From an uncultured Acidobacteriota bacterium (GTDB lineage Bacteria; Actinomycetota; Acidimicrobiia; Spongiisociales; ZC4RG35), in assembly GCA_963724825.1 (NCBI GenBank), contig CAVRWT010000006.1, positions 66,295-130,294 of the forward strand: a stretch of 64,000 nucleotides of DNA, read 5' to 3'. Positions 50,828 through 60,650 of the stretch are shown here, piece by piece; the stretch's first letter is position 1, and every line of letters starts with the position of its first letter. The translations under genes and the position numbers were made by a program. The notes below the pieces were generated by a model. It was given only the letters and a program-made list of their open reading frames with translations, was not told the origin of the DNA and made no database searches.

Positions 50828-52048
50828 ATGCATGACGTCTGCATCGTCGGAGCCGGGTTGGTGGGGATGAGCGTTGGCCGGGCCGTCCTCGACCAGTATC
50901 CAGGTTCCTCCGTCGTGGTTCTGGATAAGGAGGCCGGGGTGGCCGCCCATCAGAGCAGCCACAACAGCGGCGTTGCCCATTCCGGTCTCTACTACCGCCC
51001 CGGATCCCTCAAGGCACGGCTTTGTGTGGAAGGGCGCGCCGAGCTGGAGCGACTCTGTGACTCAGCCTCCATCCCGTTCCGTCGGCTGGGGAAGTTGGTG
51101 ATCGCCACCGAGCCGGCCGAGCTCGGAGCCCTCGATGAGCTGGAGCGCCGGGGAACAGCCAACGGGTTGACCGGGATGCGTCGGCTGGACCTTGCAGGCA
51201 TTCGTGAGATCGAGCCGGCGGCGACCGGGCTCCAGGGGCTACACGTGCCCGAAGCCGGTGTCGTGGACTTTCCTGGAGTGGCGGACCACCTTGCTGCCGA
51301 ACTGCAACGGAACGGCGCCGAGGTGCGTACCGGCCATGCCGTGACCGCAATCGACCACATAGCCGATGGGGCCCGGATCATGGCCGGTGACCAGGAAATC
51401 CGAGCCCGGATCATGGTCAATTGCGCCGGGCTCCACTCCGACCGGGTTGCCGCTCTGGCAGGTGTGAAGAGCGATATCCGGATCGTCCCCTTCCGGGGCG
51501 AGTACTACACCCTCGATCCGGAGGTCTCCCATCTGGTCAGGGGGCTCGTCTATCCGGTGCCGGACCCACGGTTCCCATTCCTCGGAGTGCACTTCACCCG
51601 CCGGGTGGACGATTCGGTGGAGGTGGGGCCTAACGCGGTGCTCGCCTTGGGCCGGGAGCAGTATCGGGGCTCTCCAGTCGACTGGGGTGACGTCAAGGAT
51701 GTCGCGACCCTTGGAGGGTTCTGGCGATTGGCCGCCAAGCATTGGCTGACCGGCGGAGCCGAAGTTCTCAGATCGAAATCGAGGTCCCTCTATGCCCGCT
51801 CCGCCCAGCGACTGATCCCCGCCCTCAGAAGTGAGCACCTTCGTCATGGAGGCGCCGGTGTGCGGGCCCAGGCGCTGGGTCGTGATGGCCGATTGATCGA
51901 CGACTTCGTCATCGAAGAGGTCGGGGCGACGTTGCACGTCCTCAATGCTCCATCGCCGGGGGCCACGGCGAGCCTCGCGATCGGAGCCCATATTGCAGGC
52001 CTGCTCAGGCCCCAGTTGGCCGGGTTGACCGGTGGAAGGGGTGTGTAG
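50828..52048 (+). CDS. lhgO: L-2-hydroxyglutarate oxidase/dehydrogenase (FAD-dependent)
   Basis: Aligns by eye along its whole length with remembered E. coli LhgO: VGAGLVGMS, HQSSHNSGVAHSGLYY, PFRGEYY, YPVPDPRFPFLGVHFT, GVRAQAL, NAPSPGATASL. Confidence 0.85.
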   Translation: MHDVCIVGAGLVGMSVGRAVLDQYPGSSVVVLDKEAGVAAHQSSHNSGVAHSGLYYRPGSLKARLCVEGRAELERLCDSASIPFRRLGKLVIATEPAELGALDELERRGTANGLTGMRRLDLAGIREIEPAATGLQGLHVPEAGVVDFPGVADHLAAELQRNGAEVRTGHAVTAIDHIADGARIMAGDQEIRARIMVNCAGLHSDRVAALAGVKSDIRIVPFRGEYYTLDPEVSHLVRGLVYPVPDPRFPFLGVHFTRRVDDSVEVGPNAVLALGREQYRGSPVDWGDVKDVATLGGFWRLAAKHWLTGGAEVLRSKSRSLYARSAQRLIPALRSEHLRHGGAGVRAQALGRDGRLIDDFVIEEVGATLHVLNAPSPGATASLAIGAHIAGLLRPQLAGLTGGRGV

Positions 52049-52059
52049 TGTGACTGTTC
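52042..52059 (+). promoter_or_regulatory. Conserved 18-nt motif copy 3 (TGTGTAGTGTGACTGTTC) upstream of the M24/E1 operon
   Basis: Overlaps the lhgO stop codon. Ends 77 nt upstream of ATG 52136. It is followed by GTGAC-n9-GTCAC. Confidence 0.45.
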
Positions 52060-52135
52060 ACTGGTCACCCAGCCTGCCGAGGGTCGCGGTTCGAAAACGT
52101 GATGAAGAACTGACAGGAAAGAGGAGGAGAGAGCC

Positions 52136-53389
52136 ATGACCGACTTTCCGGTAGCCACCACCCCGGCCCCTGGGGTCATGGGGGTGGATTGGGAGGATCG
52201 CGTCGATTTTCCGCGACTGCGCGCCTATCGCCTCGAGCGGGTACGGCAGCAACTGGAGGCCAATGGCCTGGGCGCGGTGCTCCTCTTCGAGACCTCCAAC
52301 ATTCGCTACGCCACCGCCACCCAGATCGGCTACTGGGCTTTCAACAAGGGTGAGCGCTTTGCACTGATCACGAGGAAGGGCCGTCCCCGAATCTGGGACT
52401 TCGGCTCGGCAGCCAAGGCGCATCGTCGGCAACTGCCCGAGATGTATGACCTGGAGAACTCGATCGGTGGGAATACCGGCCTCCAAGGCGCCATCGGTCC
52501 CAGCTCGGGGCTCCACACCCGTGCCGCTGCCGAGATCGCGGCGGTGCTTCGTGACGAAGGGCTTATCGACGATCTCCTGGGAGTCGACATGGCGGAGACC
52601 GCGGTATTCCTTGCCCTGCAGAAGGAAGGCCTCCAGGTCACCGATGGCCAGCAGGCGATGATGCTCGCCCGTGAGATCAAGAGCTCGGACGAGATCGTCC
52701 TCCTCTCCCAGGCCAGCGCGATGGTGGACGGCGTCTATCACGAGATCTATGAGACTTTGAAGCCCGGGATCCGGGAATCCGACATCGTGGCTTTGGCCCA
52801 CGGGCGCCTGTTCGAGATGGGCTCCGAGTTCGTCGAGGCCATCAATTCGATCGCCGGGGAGAGGTGCAGCCCGCACCCGCATGTCTTCAGCGACCGGATG
52901 ATCCGGCCCGGCGACCAGGCTTACTTCGACATCATCCACGCCTACAACGGCTACCGGACCTGTTACTACCGGACCTTCGTCGTGGGGCGGGCGACCACCG
53001 CACAGCGCGACGCCTTCAAGCAGTCGCGGGAGTGGATGGACGCCGCAATCGAATTGGTTCGACCAGGCAACACCACCGACATGATCGCCAAGGTGTGGCC
53101 AAGGGCCGAGGACTTCGGCTTCGTGGATGAGATGGACGCCTTCGGCCTCCAATTCGGCCACGGCGTCGGGGTCGGCCTGCACGAGCGGCCGATCATCAGC
53201 AGGCTCAACTCACTCGACGACCCGATCGAGATCAAGGAGGGCATGTACTTCGCCCTCGAGACTTACGCACCGGCCACGGACGGGCGATCGGCAGCCAGGA
53301 TCGAAGAGATGATGGTGGTCACCGCCGACGGGCCACAGATCACCACGCTCTTCCCCTGCGAGGAGTTGATGGTGGCGAATGAGTACTGA
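52136..53389 (+). CDS. M24 family metalloenzyme (creatinase / DddP-like subfamily), substrate unknown
   Basis: AGAGGAGGAG SD; 417 aa. N-domain LLFETSNIRYATATQIGYW...WDFGSAAKAH, and a pita-bread domain (HGVGVGLHERP, FALETY). The subfamily assignment rests on memory only. Confidence 0.7.
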   Translation: MTDFPVATTPAPGVMGVDWEDRVDFPRLRAYRLERVRQQLEANGLGAVLLFETSNIRYATATQIGYWAFNKGERFALITRKGRPRIWDFGSAAKAHRRQLPEMYDLENSIGGNTGLQGAIGPSSGLHTRAAAEIAAVLRDEGLIDDLLGVDMAETAVFLALQKEGLQVTDGQQAMMLAREIKSSDEIVLLSQASAMVDGVYHEIYETLKPGIRESDIVALAHGRLFEMGSEFVEAINSIAGERCSPHPHVFSDRMIRPGDQAYFDIIHAYNGYRTCYYRTFVVGRATTAQRDAFKQSREWMDAAIELVRPGNTTDMIAKVWPRAEDFGFVDEMDAFGLQFGHGVGVGLHERPIISRLNSLDDPIEIKEGMYFALETYAPATDGRSAARIEEMMVVTADGPQITTLFPCEELMVANEY

Positions 53390-54449
53390 GGTCGACGCCG
53401 GGCTCTACGACTACGCCCAGCGCCCACCCCGGCTCCCGAAGGCGACCAAGCCGGAGAACGACCGTCTCGAAATCGACCTCGAAACCCGCATCGAGATGTT
53501 CGAGATGCAACAGGTGCTCCGACAGTTCGAGGATCGGGTCTACGACCTCTTCATGCAGAATCTGGTCAAGGGGACGAGCCACCTTTCGTTGGGTATGGAG
53601 GCCATCGCCACCGGCGTGGCCAAGGCGATGCGCCCCGACGACTACACCTTCGCCACCTATCGGGGCCATGCCCATACCGTCGCCAGGGGGGCTCCCCTCG
53701 GACCGGTGCTGGCGGAGCTCCTGGGGAGGGACACCGGCATCCTCGGGGGTAAGGGCGGCTCGATGCACCTCACCTCCGTCGAGCACGGGATGATGGGCAG
53801 CTACGCCATCATCGGCGCCCATCTCTGCGTCGCCAACGGCGCAGCCTGGTCGGCGCAACTACGGGGAACCGATCAGGTGGCTGTGGCCTTTTTCGGCGAC
53901 GGCACCACCAACATCGGAGCCTTCCACGAGGCCCTCAACCTGGCGTCGATTTGGCACCTCCCCGTGGTCTTCGTCTGTGAGAACAACCTGTACATGGAGT
54001 ACACGCCGATCGACTTGGTGACCGCGGCTTCGAATCCCGCCGCCGGTCGGGCGCCCGCCTACGACCTCGAGCAGATCGTGATCGACGGCAACGACGCCGA
54101 TGAGGTGTATGTGACCGCGAGATTGGCCATCGAGAAGGCCCGACGGGGCGAAGGGCCTTCTCTGATCGAGGCAGTCACTTACCGGCACGGCGGCCACAGT
54201 CGGGCCGACCCCGGCAAGTATCGCCCCGCCCAGGAGGTCGAGGCCTGGATGGCGCACGACCCGCTGCCGACCTATCACCAGCGCCTCCTGCGCCTCGGGG
54301 TCAACGAATCCAGGCTTTCCGACATCGTCCATCAGGTCACCGATCGCGTCGAGGAAGCCACAGCCTTTGCCAAGGCCGGGGAACGCCCGGGAGAACAAGT
54401 GCTGATGACCGACGTCTGGGCCGATGGGGGGTCGTCTTGGCGGAACTGA
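53379..54449 (+). CDS. Thiamine-diphosphate-dependent 2-oxoacid dehydrogenase E1 component, alpha subunit
   Basis: YRGHAH, GGKGGSMH, the GDGTTNIGAFHEALNLA TPP-binding motif, and VCENNLY. Confidence 0.85.
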   Translation: MSTEVDAGLYDYAQRPPRLPKATKPENDRLEIDLETRIEMFEMQQVLRQFEDRVYDLFMQNLVKGTSHLSLGMEAIATGVAKAMRPDDYTFATYRGHAHTVARGAPLGPVLAELLGRDTGILGGKGGSMHLTSVEHGMMGSYAIIGAHLCVANGAAWSAQLRGTDQVAVAFFGDGTTNIGAFHEALNLASIWHLPVVFVCENNLYMEYTPIDLVTAASNPAAGRAPAYDLEQIVIDGNDADEVYVTARLAIEKARRGEGPSLIEAVTYRHGGHSRADPGKYRPAQEVEAWMAHDPLPTYHQRLLRLGVNESRLSDIVHQVTDRVEEATAFAKAGERPGEQVLMTDVWADGGSSWRN

Positions 54450-55411
54450 GCTACCGCGAGGCCGTCGCCCGGGGAATCGCCCAGGAGATGCGGCGCGATC
54501 CGACGCTGGTCATGCTCGGCGAGGACATTGCCGGCGCCGGGGGGGTTTTCAAGACGACAGTCGGCCTGCTCGAGGAATTCGGCCCGACCCGGATCCGCGA
54601 CACCCCGATCTCCGAGCAGGCGATCCTGGGGGCGGCGATGGGGGCGGCGATGACCGGGGTGCCGGTGATCGCCGAGATCATGTTCTCCGACTTCCTGGCG
54701 GTGTGCTTCGACATGGTCGCCAATGAGATGGCGAAGACGAGGTACATGACCGGCGGGCAGTTCACGGTCCCGGTGGTGATTCGCACCGCCAACGGGGGCG
54801 GAGTGCGGTTCGGCGCCCAGCACAGCCAGAGCGTCGAGAACTGGTGCATGATGATCCCCGGGCTCAAGGTGGTGGCGCCGTCGACCCCTGAGGACGTCGT
54901 CGGCCTGATGGCGGCGGCGGTTCGCGATCCCGACCCCGTCGTCTTCTTCGAGCACAAGTCGCTGATGGCAACCAAGTCAGAGGTTCCAGACACCGAGATC
55001 GTCGGAACACTCGGTGAGGCCCGGGTGGTTCGCGCCGGCAGCGACTGCACGATTGCGGCCCTGGCCTTCATGGTGCCTCGGGCCCTGGAGGCGGCCGAGC
55101 GTCTCGCCGCCGAGGGGGTCTCGGCCGAGGTGATCGACCTTCGGAGCCTGGTCCCGCTCGACACCAAGGCGATCCTGAGCTCGGTGGCGAAGACGGGCTG
55201 GCTGTTCACCGTCGAGGAGAATCCGCGGTTGTGTGGTTGGGGGGCCGAAGTGGCGTCGATCGTCGCCGAGGAGGCTTTCTGGGATCTGGATGGCCCGGTG
55301 ATTCGGATCACCACCCCCCACATTCCCCTTCCCGCAGCTGAGAATCTCGAGGATCTAGCGATCCCGTCGGTGGACCGGATCTACGAGACGATCAGGAAGT
55401 CACTCGGCTGA
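54437..55411 (+). CDS. 2-oxoacid dehydrogenase E1 component, beta subunit
   Basis: YREAVARGIAQEM, GEDIAGAGGVFKTT, RDTPISEQ, FFEHK. The TTG start overlaps the alpha gene by 13 nt. Confidence 0.9.
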   Translation: MAELSYREAVARGIAQEMRRDPTLVMLGEDIAGAGGVFKTTVGLLEEFGPTRIRDTPISEQAILGAAMGAAMTGVPVIAEIMFSDFLAVCFDMVANEMAKTRYMTGGQFTVPVVIRTANGGGVRFGAQHSQSVENWCMMIPGLKVVAPSTPEDVVGLMAAAVRDPDPVVFFEHKSLMATKSEVPDTEIVGTLGEARVVRAGSDCTIAALAFMVPRALEAAERLAAEGVSAEVIDLRSLVPLDTKAILSSVAKTGWLFTVEENPRLCGWGAEVASIVAEEAFWDLDGPVIRITTPHIPLPAAENLEDLAIPSVDRIYETIRKSLG

Positions 55412-55415
55412 GTGC

Positions 55416-55839
55416 TCAACGCACCAGCAGTAAGTCACAGGTGCCGCTGTGGACCACGTCCTGGGCAGTGGAGCCGAGGATGAGCTTCTTGACCCATCCC
55501 AGGCCGCGGGTGCCGACTACCAGGAGTTCGGCTTCGATCTCGGCGCAGTAGTCGACCAGTGCCCTGCCGGGCGAGCCCTCGCGGTCGACACGCACTACCT
55601 CCAAGCCGGCGTCCTCCAGGAGTGGTTGCGCTGACTCCCAAGCGACGGCCCGCTGCTCGCTGGCCATGTCACGGGTGTCGACTGTCACGTCGTCGGGAAA
55701 ATGGAGCAGGGCAGGGCTCAGGTCGGTCGCGTGGAGGATGTGCAGATCTGCGCCATGCAGCCGCGCCTCGTCGATGGCCTTGGCGAGAGCCGCGGAGGCT
55801 CGGATCAGAGCCGTCTATTCCGACCACGACATGTCCCAC
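55416..55839 (-). CDS. Universal stress protein (UspA family); 1-nt insertion near 55798
   Basis: The N-part GHVVVGIDGSDPS is in ORF 55669-55929. The C-part (AALAKAIDEARLHGADLHILHA...LLVVGTRGLGWVKKLILGSTAQDVVHSGTCDLLLVR) continues through ORF 55416-55688. Length is 424 nt (3n+1). Confidence 0.75.
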
Positions 55840-55915
55840 AAGCCAAGTTTGGCATAGGTGCCGTTGATGTCGTGCCCGTCCTATGTGCCATAGTCCAGAG
55901 CCGTCGAATTCGGAG

Positions 55916-56945
55916 ATGAAGGTGCACACCGCGGATGAATCTCGATACCAACAGATGACCTACGCCCGCAGCGGGCGCAGTGGGCTCGACCTGCCCCGGA
56001 TCTCACTCGGGCTGTGGCACAACTTCGGCGGGGATTCGATCTCCGACGATGCCCGCGAGATGCTGCTCCAGGCATTCGACCACGGCATCACCCATTTCGA
56101 TCTCGCCAACAACTACGGGCCACCGGCCGGGTCCGCCGAGGCCAACTTCGGGACGGTCATGGCCACCGACCTGGCGCCCTATCGGGACGAGCTGGTCATC
56201 TCCACCAAGGCCGGCTACTGGATGTGGGATGGCCCCTACGGGGAGTGGGGGTCGCGGAAGTATCTGACCGCCAGCCTCGATCAGAGCCTGCGGCGGATGG
56301 GCCTCGACTACGTCGACATCTTCTACTCGCACCGCTTCGACCCCTCGACACCTCTCGAAGAGACTCTGGGTGCCCTGGATCAGCGCGGTTCGAGCCGGGA
56401 AGGCGCTCTACGCCGGGATCTCCTCCTACAGCCCGGCCAAGACCCGGGAAGCAGCGGCGATCCTCCGTGACCTGGGCACCCCGTGCCTCATCCATCAGCC
56501 TTCGTACTCGATGTTCAACCGGTGGATCGAGGACGGTCTTCTCGATGTCCTGGGTGAGGAAGGAATCGGTTGCATCGTCTTCTCGCCGCTGGCGCAAGGC
56601 TTGCTCAGCGACAAGTACCTCAACGGGGTGCCGGAGAACTCGCGAGTGATGACCGGGGATTCCTTTGATCAGCGGATGCTCAGCGAGGACAACCTGGCCC
56701 GGGTTCGCGGCCTCCACGAGATTGCCCGGGATCGGGGCCAAACCCTGGCTCAGATGGCCATTGCCTGGGTGCTTCGGGATCCGCGGGTCACTTCGGCCCT
56801 GGTTGGGGCCAGGAACTGGACGCAGATCGAGGACCTGCTCGGTGCACTCGACAACCTGGGCTTCACCGACCAGGAGTTGTCTGAGATCGATCGCTACGCG
56901 GTCGACGGCAGTCTCAACCTCTGGGCCGCCTCCAGCGAGAGCTGA
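55916..56945 (+). CDS. Aldo/keto reductase (YghZ / L-glyceraldehyde-3-phosphate reductase-like); 1-nt insertion at about 56384
   Basis: ORF 55883-56470 from MKVHTADESRYQQMTYARSGRSGLDLPRISLGLWHNFG, plus ORF 56370-56945 (AVRAGKALYAGISSYSP...IHQPSYSMFNRW...LNLWAASSES). Joined, they align end to end with remembered E. coli YghZ. Confidence 0.85.
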
Positions 56946-56947
56946 CG

Positions 56948-58716
56948 CTAACGCGAGAGCTTGAAGGCCAGATCCCGGTGAAAGTCGGGTAGGGCCACCA
57001 CGCACGGGGTATCGAACGGGCACTCGACAGTGAACGGCTCCAGCCATTCCCCGGCCCAGGTGTCGTACGGGGTGACGGTCCAGGTCCCTCCTGCCAGGCT
57101 GTCGATGGTCGCGACCACCCCGGAGCGCACCGTGTCGTCGGCCCGGATCTCGTCCATCGACGCCCCCTCGAGGGCAAAGTCCTGGACCCAGAACAGACCG
57201 CCGGCCTCACCGGCGACGCCCCAGCCCCGGACCTCGGGATCGCTAGTCGATACGAGCAGAGCGTCAGGGTCGTAGGTGACCAGTGGCACCTCCTCGACGA
57301 AGGTGGCGAACCGAGCCATGTCTTCCTGCATCGACTGGTCGAACTCGCCGTAGCCGTGGCCGTCGTTCCATTCGGCCGGCGTCATCGCCGCTCCCGCAGC
57401 CAGCGCCGCCCAGTTGGCGTTGTGCATCATCTCCGGATAGGTCTGCTGGCCCCGGTCGCCATACTCACCGATCCAGTTCGGCTTCTCCTCCCGATCCCAC
57501 ATCAGCGTTGTCCAGTCCGCGACCAGATCAGCGGCCCGGATCGGATCGCCCTCGAATTCGTAGAGGTGCATCTGGGGCATGTCCATCACCGCATGGCCTT
57601 CGGGCCAATCGACCGACCCCGACATGGTCGCCGTGGTCGGGTGTCGATACGGGTCGTGGTCCTGGAAGTAGGCGTTGAGACGCTCGTGCCAGGGATTGGT
57701 CTGCTCGTAGGCCTCGGTGCCGTTGATCTCGGTGATGGTTTGCCACATCGCAATGGCGGGGGAGTGCGCCCAGCGGGCGATGGTGTAGCGGTAGTAGTTC
57801 TCCTGCCAGGCGAGCGACTCTGGATCCGTGAAGAAGCCATCGATGTCGGTCAGATGGTTGAACCCGTTTTGCTCCCAGCGCGAATCGCCCCAGGGGTGGT
57901 TGTCGGTGCGCAGGTATTGGTGGGTCCAAATCGTGAAGGAGAGGGTTGCTCCGGCCGCCTCCGTCTCGGCGAGGATGTAGTCGATGACCCCGGCCTGAGC
58001 CGAGGAATAGTCGTCGTAGGCCTCGGCGGTGATGTTGTTGTTCCAGGTCGGCCACCACATCACGAAGTTCTCCCCGAAGTCCTTCATCTGGTTGAGAAGG
58101 CGGAAGCCTTGACCCGAGGGGTCGGGCCCGCCAAAGGCCATCCCCAGGTCGGCATGACCCCGCCCGTACCACGGGGTGCCGTCGCTCCAGGCGAGGTATC
58201 GGGGGCTGTAGGTGGGGTCAACCGTTTCTCCGATCTGAAGCCATCCGTGACGATCGGACTCGGTCACCTTGAAGGTCCCCGGTGCCAGGCTCACTCTGTC
58301 CGCTCTGGTCGGTCACGGTGACCGTGTAGGCCCAGTCGCCCACCTCGGAGGGTGTGAACCGGATTCGCCACGCCCCTTCCCCATCCCAGAACCCGGGGAC
58401 AGCGAACTCGGAACCGTCGGGAGCGACAAAGACCGCATCGAGCGCGACCTCTCGTTGGTCGTAGGGGTTTTCGTACTCGGGCCGAGAGGTCGATGGTGGC
58501 CTCCAACATCTCGTAGTTGCCCAGGCTCTTCGCGGAGAGGGTGACCCCGTCGATCGAGGGCAACTCGACGTTCGGGATGGAGGTCGATGCAACCGGGGTG
58601 GTGACCGTTGACCCGGAGCTTGCGCCGTCCGTGCAGCCAGAGGTCAGGAGCAGGGTTGCGACGACGGCGATCGGCCAGAGATGCACATGACCCCGGTTGT
58701 GGTTCTCGGTCAGCAA
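56948..58716 (-). CDS. Secreted lipoprotein: DUF5060-like Ig domain + glycoside-hydrolase-like (beta/alpha)8 domain; two 1-nt insertions (C/G runs at 58277-58280 and 58479-58481)
   Basis: Three consecutive ORF pieces: 58291-58716 (lipobox LLLTSGC...EATIDLSA), 58218-58592 (EYENPYDQREVALDAVFVAPDGSEFAVPGFWDG...TVTDQSGQSE) and 56948-58294 (catalytic-domain-like, WQTITEINGTE). Length is 1769 nt (3n+2). Confidence 0.6.
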
Positions 58717-58769
58717 AGCCGGCGGATCGTAGGAGGGCCAGGGGTGAGGTGTATAGGGTCGATCCGATC

Positions 58770-59282
58770 ATGGGAGCGACCGATCACATCGTCATGGTCG
58801 GCGCCATGGGGGCAGGCAAGACCACCGTTGGCAGGGGTATCGCCGAGCGTCTGGGACTGAGGTATGTCGATTCCGACGACCAGATCCAGTCTCTCACCGG
58901 CCGTAAAGGTGCGCAGATTGCAGAGGAGGACGGGGTGGAAGCTTTGCACGAACTGGAGCTGGCGGTTTTCTGGGATGCAATGAATTCAGACGAGCCCTCG
59001 GTCATCTCCGCCGCCGCCAGTGTCATCGAAAACGAAGAAGCTCGCGACGCGATTCGAGAAAGCGACTGTGTCTGGGTCGATGCCCCCGAGGATGCGCTCC
59101 GTCTTCGACGATCGACTTCCACCCATCGCCGGGAGGTCAGCGACGAGGAAGTGAAGCGCCTGACGGCAAGAGCCCCTTTGTTCGCCGGTTGCGCCGCCGT
59201 GAGAATCGACACCGACGCAGTGAATGAGCATGATGCCGTCTCCATCGCCATCGAGGCGATCACCGGAGGGGAAGAGGGATGA
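58770..59282 (+). CDS. P-loop kinase of the shikimate kinase (AroK) / gluconate kinase family
   Basis: ORF 58608-59282 from MGATDHIVMVGAMGAGKTTVGRGIAERLGLRYVDSDDQI, which is close to the AroK N-terminal pattern. 170 aa. Confidence 0.6.
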   Translation: MGATDHIVMVGAMGAGKTTVGRGIAERLGLRYVDSDDQIQSLTGRKGAQIAEEDGVEALHELELAVFWDAMNSDEPSVISAAASVIENEEARDAIRESDCVWVDAPEDALRLRRSTSTHRREVSDEEVKRLTARAPLFAGCAAVRIDTDAVNEHDAVSIAIEAITGGEEG

Positions 59283-60650
59283 CGACAGAACCCGGCTCCG
59301 AGCCGTTCCTGCTTGGGGTCAACTACTGGCCGCGGCGCAAAGCGATGTACTGGTGGGGTGACTTCGACGCCGCCGAGGTGCGAGACGAGTTCGAAGTCAT
59401 CGCCTCAGTGGGGATGAATGTGGTTCGCCTGTTCTTGCTTTGGGATGACTGGCAGCCGGAGCCCGACATGGTCTCGAGCGAGCGGCTCGAGGACTTCGGG
59501 ACGGTGTGTGACATCGCCGCCGCCAACGGTCTCGGGCTCGATGTCACCTTCTTCACCGGTCACATGAGCGGGCCCAATTGGTCTCCCCGATGGCTGCTCG
59601 ACCCCGGCGCGACTGCCCATCCATCGCCCTACGTTCGCCAGGTGGTGAGCGGGGGACGGGTAGTCGACAGCGCCTATCGGAACATGTTCCACGATCCGGT
59701 CGCTCTCGATGCCGAGCGCCTCCTGCTGACGACAGTGGTGGAGGCCTACCGGGAGCACGACGGAATATGGATGTGGAACCTCGGCAACGAGCCCGACCTC
59801 TTTGCGCACCCCAACAGCGCCGCCGAAGGCCGGGCCTGGGTCCGAGAGATGACGGCCCTCATTCACGATCTCGACCCGGATCATCCAGGTGACCACCGGC
59901 TTGCACGCCGCCAACCTGTTCGTCGACAACGGCCTACGCGTCGACCAGGTCTTCGCCGAGAGCGACGTTGCGGTCATGCATGGCTATCCGATGTATGTCG
60001 ACTGGGCTCGTGACCCCTTGGACCCCGACTTCGTGCCCTACCTCTGCGCGCTGGTGACGGCACTCAGCGGACTGCCCTGTCTCGCCGAGGAATGGGGCGG
60101 GTGCACCTCTCCTGACACCGAGGATTCGGTGGTCTGGGAATGGACCGCCTATGGGTCGCCCCGCACCCAGTTCATGGCGGGGGAGGAGGCCTTCGCCGAC
60201 TACGTGGGCGAGGTTCTGCCCCGGCTGGTCGACGTCGGGTCGACCGGTGCCTTCCTCTGGTGCTTCGCCGACTACTCGGAGGAGTTGTGGGACCGGCCGC
60301 CTTGCGATCCGGGTGGAGCCAAGCATGAGCGGCACTTCGGCCTGGTTCGCCCTGACGGGAGCCTCAAGCCACACGCCGAGGTGATCCGGCGCTTTGCCGA
60401 CTCCCGGCCCACCGTGCAAGAAGCCGCGAGAACCGTCACCCTCGATATCACTCCCGACGAGTACTACGCCGATCCCTGGGGTCACGCCCAGCGTCTCGTA
60501 CGAGTCGTACCTCCAGATCGGGTCGACCATCTAGCCACCATTCCGGCCGACCGGCGTCTGTTCGCCCGAGGTGCGTTGAGTTCGGTCGATCGGGCCGTTT
60601 GGACGTCGCTCGAGGTAACGGAAGGGCGAAGTCGGCCGGCATCGTTCTGA
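59279..60650 (+). CDS. Glycoside hydrolase family 5-like (cellulase-superfamily) protein; 1-nt insertion near 59886; the 3' end may also be frameshifted
   Basis: ORF 59279-60013 (GVNYWP, GMNVVRLF, WNLGNEPD with the catalytic NEP) plus ORF 59889-60650 (VTTGLHAAN...LAEEWGG nucleophile region). The ATG overlaps the kinase TGA (ATGA). An alternative end ...RLYESYLQIGSTI stops at 60532-60534. Confidence 0.6.

Noticed and set aside
52058-53182. Long antisense ORFs opposite well-supported genes. Examples: 52058-53182, 45457-46821, 15819-16682, 23665-24801, 48371-50113, 54451-55323, 3231-3962.
   Set aside because: Their translations are Arg/Gly/Pro/His-rich with no recognisable motifs. The opposite strand in each case encodes a clearly conserved protein. 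This is the typical stop-codon-poor artefact of high-GC DNA.
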